A DNA stretch of 64,000 bases. Origin: Nitrospira sp. (GTDB lineage: Bacteria > Nitrospirota > Nitrospiria > Nitrospirales > Nitrospiraceae). Position numbers and translations under genes: made by a program. Where the stretch lies: positions 832,001 to 896,000 of the forward strand of contig AP038806.1 in the NCBI GenBank assembly GCA_047150005.1, in the 5' to 3' direction. The notes under the pieces were generated by a model. It did no database searches, was not told the DNA's origin, and was given only the letters and a program-made list of their open reading frames with translations. Positions 50,349-59,019 of this stretch are shown here, one piece after another (position 1 is the first letter of the stretch; the number at the start of each line of letters is the position of its first letter).

Positions 50349-50969
50349 ATGGGGCCTCTACCGAGATTTATCGTGGCTGCCCTGATCTGGTGCTGTTTCG
50401 AAATGCCGTCGCCGACACCGGCACAAACAGGAGCACAGACGTATCCGCCTTATCAGCCCTTCGTCGGGCAACTCATGATGACCGCCACAAATCGATGTCC
50501 GGTCGGGTGGGCAAAGGCCGATGGACAACTCTTGTCCGTCACGCAGTACAATCCGCTCTTTGCCCTGTTGGGGTATATGTATGGAGGAAGCGGGCAAACG
50601 TTTGCGTTGCCTGATCTTCGCGGGCGCGTCATGTTGCATTGGGGAAACGCCCCCGGAGGACTGGCGACCCAGGCGCCAGGACAACGAGGGGGTGAGGTGA
50701 TGCATGCCCTCACGGTGAATGAAATGCCCCCGCATCAGCACCCGCTGAATACCTCCACGGGACGAGCGACCGAATCCTCGGCGACCGGAAACTTGCTGTC
50801 GGCGCAGGAGGAGCACAGCTTCGTAAGACCCGAGATGGGCAAGACGACACCCTTGCACGCGATGTCCGTAGGCCCTTCGGGAGCCGGCGTTCCTCATAAT
50901 GTGATGCCGCCCTATCTCACGATTACGGTCTGCATTGCCTTGGAAGGTGTCTTTCCACATGATCCCTAG
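50349..50969 (+). CDS. Phage tail-collar (MdpB-like) protein with N-terminal signal-like extension
   Basis: PFVGQL...PVGWAKADGQLL...LFALLG..YGG..TFALPDLRGR...PHNVMPPYL..CIALEGVFP; AAGGAGG RBS. Confidence 0.88.
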   Translation: MGPLPRFIVAALIWCCFEMPSPTPAQTGAQTYPPYQPFVGQLMMTATNRCPVGWAKADGQLLSVTQYNPLFALLGYMYGGSGQTFALPDLRGRVMLHWGNAPGGLATQAPGQRGGEVMHALTVNEMPPHQHPLNTSTGRATESSATGNLLSAQEEHSFVRPEMGKTTPLHAMSVGPSGAGVPHNVMPPYLTITVCIALEGVFPHDP

Positions 50970-51060
50970 CGATCCATGGAACACGCAATCTGTTGCTGGC
51001 GTCACGCGTTCTCGATAACACTCGCTTCCAATTTCTTTTCCGATACGTCCCGTAACTCTA

Positions 51061-52800
51061 TCAAGGCGTGAACTGCCCGCGCCGTCGACCCTCTGTCGGG
51101 CCGCAGGGCGCGCCGGCGCCAAACCAGGCGTTCACCTTCTGTTGCCAATTCAAACGCCCCAAGCCTGGTATCCTGTCCACCGCCCACAGAATGTTGACGT
51201 CATGCAGCAAATGCGTAGTGGGAGGCTGCAAGTTAATACCGCCGCGGGGCAACTTGAACTCGTCGCACATGCGCCCATCGATAGGCTGATCGAAAGAAAA
51301 TCTGAAATGCGGCGCTCTCCATCCGTCGGTAAATCCGGTTGCCGACGTATGGCAACTCTGACACTTGTTGACCCACTTATCTACATTGATAAATCCGTCA
51401 CCTCGCACAAAGACATCTCCACCGACGTTCGAAGGAGGTATTTCCTCGCGCGTGAACCGGCCTAACTGAATGTGCCGGAGATAGGTGTCATTTTCGGCAT
51501 GCATTTGGTGACAATTTTTGCATTTCGCGTTCTGTGTCACGGGGTAGATCGAATCAAAGGAACCGTCGATGGGTACGTTGAGCCGCCGGTGCTGCGGCTG
51601 ATAGAAGCAGCCTAACGCCGCATTGCAGACAGCGACCGTCCAATGGAGCGTGTGACCCACGAATGGCGAGAGGTCATGCGGCGGCGTGAATCCGAGAGCG
51701 TTCTGAACACGGGTGACGAAGACGTGCGGCTGTACCCCAGGCTGAACCGGACACGGCACATTCGGTTTGGCGATGCACACCAGGAAATACTCGACGCCAT
51801 ACTGGTTCCCATGAGTCCAGGAAAAAGTGGGAAGCAAATTGGGCAAGAGCACATAGTCGGCCGGCGCGCTCAACGTGGGAGGCAGAATCGTCCAAGTGAT
51901 GGGTTTGGGGGCGGATGATGCGCAACTTTCCGGCATCTGAGCCGGAATCTGACCGATGGCTCCCTGACCGGTTACCGGAACACAGGCGGTCACCGACCAC
52001 TGCAACTGCTTCCCTAGGAAGTGAAGCGGCAGCATCACGCCGTAGCGGTAGGTTGTCGATGAGCCGGTGGTTGTACCCGCCGGGCGTTCGAAATTCGGAT
52101 CGCCGGGCTTAGAGCCGAGAGGCGCCGACTGCTGCGTCTGCGACGGTTGAGTCAATATGATTCCGGTCGGGATCTTTACCACCACCGCTGGCGGCGCGGA
52201 ACAGGATTGATGTAATTCCATGACACAGATCTCGTAGCGAGCCTGCGCCGACTGTCCCACTCCCGGTAACCACTGGACCCCGAAGCTAGGCCCGGTAATG
52301 ACAGCGCCATCGGCCGGATAGAGGGCAATCGGCGCGACCACCGGCGTCATTCGCTTGAGGTTCAGGCCGGCTGCTTGGTTGAGTTGGAACGCCGTCACCG
52401 GTTGGGACAGATCGGCGCGGGATCGAATGCCGGTGTGACTGCCCTGAGCGTCCAGCGCCGTCTTGTCCGGCATGAGGAGGACCATATCCGTCCGATCCTC
52501 GTCAGTCGCAACCGCCAGCGCAAGCGGCAACTCCAACGATGCTTCGTGCGTCGTTGGCTGCGCCTGAATGAGGAACGGCGCTCCGCCGGAAGTTGGACTG
52601 AGTCGCAGTCTCGACTCCCCTGCCGGCTCGACCTGATAAGGGCCGGCTGGGACTTCGAGGTCGCTGCCGTCCGGGGCCGTGAAGTGGATTGGACGATCAA
52701 ACGTGACTGTTTGTTGGGAAGCCGCCTGTTGTGCGAGAGCCCAACCTGCAACGAGGCAGGCGATCACGAGTCCGATCTTGGCAACCGCGGAATAGCGCAT
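51061..52800 (-). CDS. Exported modular protein: N-terminal domain, two Cys-containing FN3-like repeats, diheme cytochrome c domain
   Basis: Signal ending ALA; two W...Y..C...C...L.W.V..C repeats; CKNCH and CQSCH. Confidence 0.75.
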   Translation of the reverse strand: MRYSAVAKIGLVIACLVAGWALAQQAASQQTVTFDRPIHFTAPDGSDLEVPAGPYQVEPAGESRLRLSPTSGGAPFLIQAQPTTHEASLELPLALAVATDEDRTDMVLLMPDKTALDAQGSHTGIRSRADLSQPVTAFQLNQAAGLNLKRMTPVVAPIALYPADGAVITGPSFGVQWLPGVGQSAQARYEICVMELHQSCSAPPAVVVKIPTGIILTQPSQTQQSAPLGSKPGDPNFERPAGTTTGSSTTYRYGVMLPLHFLGKQLQWSVTACVPVTGQGAIGQIPAQMPESCASSAPKPITWTILPPTLSAPADYVLLPNLLPTFSWTHGNQYGVEYFLVCIAKPNVPCPVQPGVQPHVFVTRVQNALGFTPPHDLSPFVGHTLHWTVAVCNAALGCFYQPQHRRLNVPIDGSFDSIYPVTQNAKCKNCHQMHAENDTYLRHIQLGRFTREEIPPSNVGGDVFVRGDGFINVDKWVNKCQSCHTSATGFTDGWRAPHFRFSFDQPIDGRMCDEFKLPRGGINLQPPTTHLLHDVNILWAVDRIPGLGRLNWQQKVNAWFGAGAPCGPTEGRRRGQFTP

Positions 52801-52825
52801 TGCCTACCTCCCTTCGACCAACGCG

Positions 52826-54472
52826 CTATTCGTACGGCACGCCTTTGGGCCCTTGGATCCAGATATCGAGGGAATAGCTGATCGAACAATAGGGATCCAG
52901 CCACACCCGAATATTGACATAGGGCGAATCCGTTCCGACGCGATTGTCCGCCACATAGGCGTTCCCGGACTGTGCAAGGGTCAGGCACCACACATGGTCG
53001 TCGGGTGTATACCAATTCATGTAATCAATATTAGCTTTGGTGACCTTCCATAGGTTCTTTAACTTTTTGTTCATAAAAAACTTGTCGTTTCCTCTGTATC
53101 CCAACCAATCCGCTCTGGAACTGAATACCTTCCAACTGCCGCCCCCAGTGCGGAACCAACCATGAGGGACCGAGAGATCGCTGGCACAGCCTTGGCCCGT
53201 AGACGTAAACGAAAGCTGGGCCAAACATGTGGCGGGGGCTTGGACCACACTTTCTCCCCATGGCGGCGGCAGCGGCAACCTACGGAGATCCATGGCAGGA
53301 TAGAACTGGAATCCAAGCCCTTGTGGCTGGGCGCTGGACACTCCATCGGCCCCACGGGTGATAGTCCACTCCACTCCTCGCGCTCTCACGATGCCGGACG
53401 CATCTGGAGGCACGGTGAACCGAATATACCAGTCGTGCCATTCAAGGATAGTGGAGACGAGCGTCACGGAGCCGCCGTAGGCTGGGTAGGAGTCTGCGCC
53501 GAGCAACATGGTCAGCTTATTTCCGGGAGACGGTTCGCCGAAATCGTTTCCCGTGATCATTAACTCATCGCCTGGTTGTGCGTTCAATCGACTGATCCAG
53601 ATGATATAGGGTGCAGGTTTGAGTTCCTTCAACACGGGGCCAACTATCGTCGTCCCCCCTGGCTGGGCCAGGATGGCTGGGCCCAACCCGCGTGTTGCGA
53701 CCTCTTCTTCTGTTGGAGGAGGGGGTGGCGCGGTCTCTTCACCGCCTTCGACCGCCCTTGTCTTGATCTGACCCTGCATCCGGGCTTTCTGTAAATGTGG
53801 CTGCAACTCGGCCGAGATGGCGGCGCGGCGGGCCATCTGTTCCTGTTGGAACTTGGCCATCTCGGCCTGGAACGAGGCATCCAGCTTCGCGTTCATCGCC
53901 GCTTCCGCTTGCGGAGTAGAAGGAGGGCGTTGCGCCATGTGCGTTTGTATGTGCGCGCGCACGGCGTTCACATCCGCCGGCGCATGCTGCACAGTGATCG
54001 TCCCGGTCGCTTGCATCGGCGGTCCGCCCGGTTGCGCCAAGGCAATTCGCGCTTGCCACAGCGCACTGTGTTGCACATCCGTAGGCGTAACTTGGTATAT
54101 GAGCCGGATAGCGCCGTTGCCTGCTTGCCGTTGCACCGCCTGCGACGTGGCGCCATATAACTCCACGACCACCGGCGCGCCTTGCGCTTGCACCTCGATG
54201 GTCACCGGACCCGGTTGGGTGACGCCAAAAACGACACCGTATGGCTCGCGATTGTTCACCTCCCACTTCTGCGGCCACGTCGGCAATTGGAACTTCTGCT
54301 CCGCCGCCCCGGGAGGCGTCATCGTCGCTCCGGGCGGCACAGGCCGTTGCACCTTCGGCACGGCACGGCTCTCGACACCACTCGGATTCGAATCCGATAC
54401 GCTTCCCGTTCCACTGCATCCCAAAAAGGCGCTTACCGATATCACGCTCATCAGATAGACAGATGCTTTCAT
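52826..54472 (-). CDS. Lipoprotein, RG-motif paralogue B
   Basis: ATG 54472 after GGAG; lipobox FLGC; ends IWIQGPKGVPYE. Confidence 0.8.
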   Translation of the reverse strand: MKASVYLMSVISVSAFLGCSGTGSVSDSNPSGVESRAVPKVQRPVPPGATMTPPGAAEQKFQLPTWPQKWEVNNREPYGVVFGVTQPGPVTIEVQAQGAPVVVELYGATSQAVQRQAGNGAIRLIYQVTPTDVQHSALWQARIALAQPGGPPMQATGTITVQHAPADVNAVRAHIQTHMAQRPPSTPQAEAAMNAKLDASFQAEMAKFQQEQMARRAAISAELQPHLQKARMQGQIKTRAVEGGEETAPPPPPTEEEVATRGLGPAILAQPGGTTIVGPVLKELKPAPYIIWISRLNAQPGDELMITGNDFGEPSPGNKLTMLLGADSYPAYGGSVTLVSTILEWHDWYIRFTVPPDASGIVRARGVEWTITRGADGVSSAQPQGLGFQFYPAMDLRRLPLPPPWGESVVQAPATCLAQLSFTSTGQGCASDLSVPHGWFRTGGGSWKVFSSRADWLGYRGNDKFFMNKKLKNLWKVTKANIDYMNWYTPDDHVWCLTLAQSGNAYVADNRVGTDSPYVNIRVWLDPYCSISYSLDIWIQGPKGVPYE

Positions 54473-54558
54473 GATGTGCACTCCCATGGTTGATGGCGCG
54501 GTCTCAAATCCGCAGCCCTCCCTGGCGGTCGACATTCTCCATTTCGTCCGACAAGGTT

Positions 54559-56580
54559 TCACGATTTTTTGATACATCCGACTCCCAGAGCGCGAAGTTC
54601 ATCGCCCACCTTCGCCGAATAGCGGCCGGTCGCCAGATGGTCATAGGGTCCTTGGGCATGGGGCATGGTGCCGAATCGACAGATGGCCGCGCCTGGATTC
54701 GACTGTTTAAAATTGTCGTAGGTCTCGAAATCGATGCGAGCGGACTGCGCCATATGGCAGAGACGGCAATACTTCCCCACGAAATCGCGATAGAGATCTT
54801 CGTGCCCGCGCCAGCCTACGGGGACATAATGGACGGCCGCCGCATTCACCATCCCGTTCGGCGCCCGATACATGCCGTCGATCATCCGTGCGATCGGACG
54901 GTTCGGATTGTCCTTGCTGGGACTCGTTTCAGCCACCAGAAAATTGAGGTCCCGAAACTTGACTTCCTGATCGGCGCGGCGGAACCCGGGGTTCTCGTGG
55001 TAGAGAAAATTGTAGACGTCGAACGGCAGGAACGAGGCGCCGCGAACCGTGTGGGTCGCATCATCATAGGTGCCGCCGTGGCAGGCCAGGCACATGTGGG
55101 GCACGAACTTCGGCCCTTCGCGGTCCAGCGCGATATTAGGAATGAGACGGCCGTCCTGATCATAGACGTAGAACGTCACCTGCCGCTGGACTGTGATCGA
55201 CACCACAAAGGATCCGACTCCGTTTCCCGGCCTATCGTCATTGACGCGCAGATACAAGCGTCCCCTGGCGGCACGAACCTGGTTGATATTGCGGTCTCCG
55301 ATGAAGAAATAGGCCGGACGAGGTTTGCACGGCGGGGATTGGCCATAGTCATCGTAGGTTACGACACAGTCAACATCCGAATACGCTCCGGCGTCGTTCG
55401 GCTGACCGATTCGTCCGATCAGACCGAAAGGCGATCCGTTCCCGATTGGGAGTTTCGGATTGTCCGGTCTCGGCCCCCATCCGAATGGACCGTTGTTCCC
55501 GGTCAGACATTCACCGCCCCAGATGGATCCTGTCGCCGAGAATTCGATCACGTCGCCTGGAATGACATCAATACCCGTATCGACATCCTGCCGGCTTGGA
55601 GGACCGTCACTCCGGCTTCCAAGACAGACTTCTGGATTCGACTGTGTGAACAGCCCGTCACGTTCCCGGACCACCACGGTCTTGGACGGGGGGACGGGGT
55701 AGTATTCCATCGCCACGGTGGCCAACGGCTTCGGCAGTGTCGGCGTTGAGCCGGTCCCGGTCGAAGGGCGAACGGTTCCTGATCCGCGGGGGGCACCAAG
55801 GGCACCAGTCGATGGTTGCTGGAGGGAACCGGGTGGGACGAGGCCTCCGGCGGCTAGGACAGCTTCTATCAACGCGGCGTGAGGGTCCGGATAGGCGGGA
55901 TTGGCTCCACCATTGAGAAAGGCCGGCGGCCCATAGTTGGACACGTAACAGGCCATTCCACCGGCGTTTCGCCGGCAGTGCATGTCACGGCCGATCCGTA
56001 AGTCGATGTTGTTGAAGTACGTGGCCCTGACTTCTCCCTGGCCGGCCGCAAACCCGTTGCGGACTTTGAATTGATTCAGCGAGTCGGTGAATTGTTTGAC
56101 GCATGAAAGCCATTGATCACTGCATTTGGCAAGCCCGACCGTGCGAAAGTACTCGAACGATTCGTCCAGCGACCCGACCCCACGCCGACTCAACCAGCAC
56201 GATGGCCGTCCCTCGCAGGGAATCGGCATGGTGAAGCGCTCTGCCAAGAGTTCAGGAACAATGAGCAACGGAGAAACGGTAGGTGACGGCGGCGGGGCGG
56301 GCACGACCGGCGTGAGTTGCGGTCCCGATTGAGGACTCGAAGGAAGCGGCGCGAACTTATCCTTGGGCGGAACAATTGGACGGTCCGGATTGGGAATGCC
56401 GCGTGACTCGACGTCCGCATGTGCAGAAGGTGTTCCACCAGTATTCGGCAGGGATGCGATGTTCGTAGTGCTCTGTTGATTGACGCCGACGTCCGGCTTC
56501 TCCGTCCGATCACCCGCGGTACAGCCAATCGACAGACAGCCGATTACGATGACAAAGGAACTAAGAACTACAGTCTTCAT
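54559..56580 (-). CDS. Lipoprotein diheme cytochrome c with inserted LecA/PA-IL-like domain
   Basis: Lipobox SIGC; DTGIDV..GD.I...ATG.I...GLIGRIG...GRLYLRVND...NG.GSF.V; CLACH, CRLCH and downstream MPHA. Confidence 0.7.
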   Translation of the reverse strand: MKTVVLSSFVIVIGCLSIGCTAGDRTEKPDVGVNQQSTTNIASLPNTGGTPSAHADVESRGIPNPDRPIVPPKDKFAPLPSSPQSGPQLTPVVPAPPPSPTVSPLLIVPELLAERFTMPIPCEGRPSCWLSRRGVGSLDESFEYFRTVGLAKCSDQWLSCVKQFTDSLNQFKVRNGFAAGQGEVRATYFNNIDLRIGRDMHCRRNAGGMACYVSNYGPPAFLNGGANPAYPDPHAALIEAVLAAGGLVPPGSLQQPSTGALGAPRGSGTVRPSTGTGSTPTLPKPLATVAMEYYPVPPSKTVVVRERDGLFTQSNPEVCLGSRSDGPPSRQDVDTGIDVIPGDVIEFSATGSIWGGECLTGNNGPFGWGPRPDNPKLPIGNGSPFGLIGRIGQPNDAGAYSDVDCVVTYDDYGQSPPCKPRPAYFFIGDRNINQVRAARGRLYLRVNDDRPGNGVGSFVVSITVQRQVTFYVYDQDGRLIPNIALDREGPKFVPHMCLACHGGTYDDATHTVRGASFLPFDVYNFLYHENPGFRRADQEVKFRDLNFLVAETSPSKDNPNRPIARMIDGMYRAPNGMVNAAAVHYVPVGWRGHEDLYRDFVGKYCRLCHMAQSARIDFETYDNFKQSNPGAAICRFGTMPHAQGPYDHLATGRYSAKVGDELRALGVGCIKKS

Positions 56581-56614
56581 ACGGACCTCACGGTGCTGCA
56601 CCCGCCGCTACAAC

Positions 56615-58279
56615 TTATTCATACGGAACACCTTTGGGTCCCACGATCCAGATGCGAAGAATATACTTCACGAAAGTAGAAGGCGTTTGCCATGTCCGAA
56701 CATTGACAAAGGGTGAATTCGTACCGATCCGGTTCTCAACAATGTATTGCCCGGCTCCTGTTAATGAGGGGTCGTAAGGGTAAAGGTCGGCGAAAGCATT
56801 CACAACCTCCGTAGATTGAACCTTCCAAGAGTTCTTGAGCAATTTCTTCGTAAAAAACAGGTCATTTCCCTTCGCCCCCAAGTCGCCGCCATATTCCTTC
56901 CGGATGTACCAATTGTCTTCACCACAGGAGCTACAACGTTTCCATCCATCAGGCGCACCGTCCGACGGGATACCAGTAGCGAATCCCGAACTCCCGGGAT
57001 AGTTGCTGTTCCATGGATTGAATACAAAACTTTCATCAAATGGAGGTGGCAGCGGCAGTCGTCGGAGTTCCATGGCCGGATGAAACTGAAATGGAAGCGC
57101 TTGCGGTTGCGCGCTGGAAATCCCATCGGAACCGCGTGTGATGGTCCAATCGACTTGCCGTCCCCTCAAGATGCCTGACACATCCGGGATGGTGAACCAA
57201 ATCAACCCCTCGCGCCACTCTTTGACATTCGCGACGAAAGTCACCGGACCGCCGTTGGGTGGATCGGCGAGCAGCACCATGGTTAACTGGTTCCCCGGTG
57301 CCGGTTGTCCAAAAAAGTCGCCGGTGATTAACAGTTCGTCGCCCGGTTGACCATTCGGTCGGCTGATCCACGTAATATAGGGGGGAGGTAGCACGGCCTT
57401 GAATGTCTGACTCCCTTGCGGCGCAGCGATGAGAGGTTGCGAGCGATCGAGCAATCCACGCGACGCGACATCTTCCTCTGAGGGCGCTTTGAATTGCTCC
57501 GGCGCACTCTCTCCTTCGACACCCCTCGGCTTGACGTGCCCCTGCATTCGAGCGCGCGCCGCCTGGAGTTGCGGCTGTAGTTCAGCAGCAATGACGGCAC
57601 GACGAGCCGCCTGCTCCTGCTGAAACCTGGCCAACGTTGCCTGGAAGGAGGTTTCTAGTGTCGCTTTCATCGCCGCTTCCGCTTGCGGGTCCGGCGCACG
57701 TCGTTGTGTCACGAGCGATTGAACTTGCGCGTGCACCACATTTATATCTGCCGGTGGATGCTGCACGGTGATAGTCCCTGCCGCTTGCGCCGGCGGTCCT
57801 CCTGGCTGAGCCAACGCAATCCGCACCTGCCAGAGCACGCTACGCTGCACTTCGGCGGGCGTGACGTTATAACTGAGCCGAATGGTTCCACTCCCGGACT
57901 GTTGTTGAACCGGTTGCGGGGCGCCGCTGGACAATGACACGACAACCGGCGCGCCTTGCGACTGTACTTCTACGGTGATGGGTCCCGCCTGCGTGACGCC
58001 AAAGCCAAAGCCGGCAAGCTCACGGTTGTTCACATCCCATTTCTGCGGCCAAGTCGGCAATTGAGATTTCTGCTGCGCCAGCGTTCCCGGTGCCACGGAC
58101 ATTCCGGGCTGCATGGGACGCTCGATTTTGGGCATCCCACGGCTCTCGACCTCGCCTGGTGTTTCTTCATCGGCGAACGCTGTTGTGCTGGAGAAGATCG
58201 TGGATGCTGTGAACATACATCCCAGGGCAACAGCCCAGAATCGAGGCATGTGGCATGCCCGGCGTGCTCGATCTTTCAT
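56615..58279 (-). CDS. Exported RG-motif paralogue C
   Basis: AAAGGAG RBS; signal ending AFA; ends IWIVGPKGVPYE; closest to paralogue B. Confidence 0.8.
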   Translation of the reverse strand: MKDRARRACHMPRFWAVALGCMFTASTIFSSTTAFADEETPGEVESRGMPKIERPMQPGMSVAPGTLAQQKSQLPTWPQKWDVNNRELAGFGFGVTQAGPITVEVQSQGAPVVVSLSSGAPQPVQQQSGSGTIRLSYNVTPAEVQRSVLWQVRIALAQPGGPPAQAAGTITVQHPPADINVVHAQVQSLVTQRRAPDPQAEAAMKATLETSFQATLARFQQEQAARRAVIAAELQPQLQAARARMQGHVKPRGVEGESAPEQFKAPSEEDVASRGLLDRSQPLIAAPQGSQTFKAVLPPPYITWISRPNGQPGDELLITGDFFGQPAPGNQLTMVLLADPPNGGPVTFVANVKEWREGLIWFTIPDVSGILRGRQVDWTITRGSDGISSAQPQALPFQFHPAMELRRLPLPPPFDESFVFNPWNSNYPGSSGFATGIPSDGAPDGWKRCSSCGEDNWYIRKEYGGDLGAKGNDLFFTKKLLKNSWKVQSTEVVNAFADLYPYDPSLTGAGQYIVENRIGTNSPFVNVRTWQTPSTFVKYILRIWIVGPKGVPYE

Positions 58280-58621
58280 GGTCGTCTCCTTTCACCAAAG
58301 CGCGAATTCTGTGTCATGTCAGAAACGCGCTCCCACGTGCCGATGCTAGGGAACCAGTTTCAAGTTCCAGACACATTGGGCTCCACCCGTCAGGCTTCCT
58401 TTTCCCGGAAGAGGCGCAAGCTGAGCATAGCCGTATGCGACTCCCACGGGGCCGTCAGTCAGTGAACAGGCCGCAAGTAAGCTTCCTAGCAGCACCATAC
58501 TCATCAGCTCTCCTGAGTGTCGCAGGGCTTCTCCTCCTCAATCGAGCACAAGCTGCGACCTGAACGTCCCTGCCGAGTCTGTCGATCCATGCCGCAAGAA
58601 GGTTCAACCCCTTACACGTGT

Positions 58622-58912
58622 TCAATACACCGCGAAGTCGTATTCCAGATTCTCCCGCCGGACGGTCGGATTCTGGCCGCCTTCCGTGAGCTTGCGCACT
58701 TGCTCGATCACGTAGGCTTGCAGTTCGCTCACGGTGATGGCTTGGTCTTTGTTCGCGTCAGCTCCATGGTTCTTCAATCCCTTCAGCAAGGCATAGGTAA
58801 ACACGCCGTTCTTCCATTGCTCCCCTTCCAAGCTGTATTCGTTGCCGCTTGAGCTGGAAATGACCGCCGCGCCGATCATGAATACGGCGAACATCAATAT
58901 GACCTTTCTCAT
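58622..58912 (-). CDS. Stand-alone caspase C-terminal (p10-like) segment on a short hydrophobic leader; possibly a deletion remnant
   Basis: Last 83 aa differ at 5 positions from the C-terminus of the 60313 protein. Confidence 0.55.
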   Translation of the reverse strand: MRKVILMFAVFMIGAAVISSSSGNEYSLEGEQWKNGVFTYALLKGLKNHGADANKDQAITVSELQAYVIEQVRKLTEGGQNPTVRRENLEYDFAVY

Positions 58913-59019
58913 CCCTAAGCAATCAGTCCTGCTGGCGAAATTCTCCGGAAAAACGAACGGTGCGAATCATCGGTAAGCGCCAGGTTGCCTACCTCGATCA
59001 CGCCGATGGGTCGACGCCA

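Noticed and set aside
50349..50969. Prophage or tailocin suggested by the tail-collar gene
   Set aside because: No other structural, integrase or lysis genes in the window.
47339..58279. Polymorphic toxin-immunity array
   Set aside because: No small immunity-like genes follow the paralogues, their extreme C-termini are conserved, and no toxin motif was recognised.
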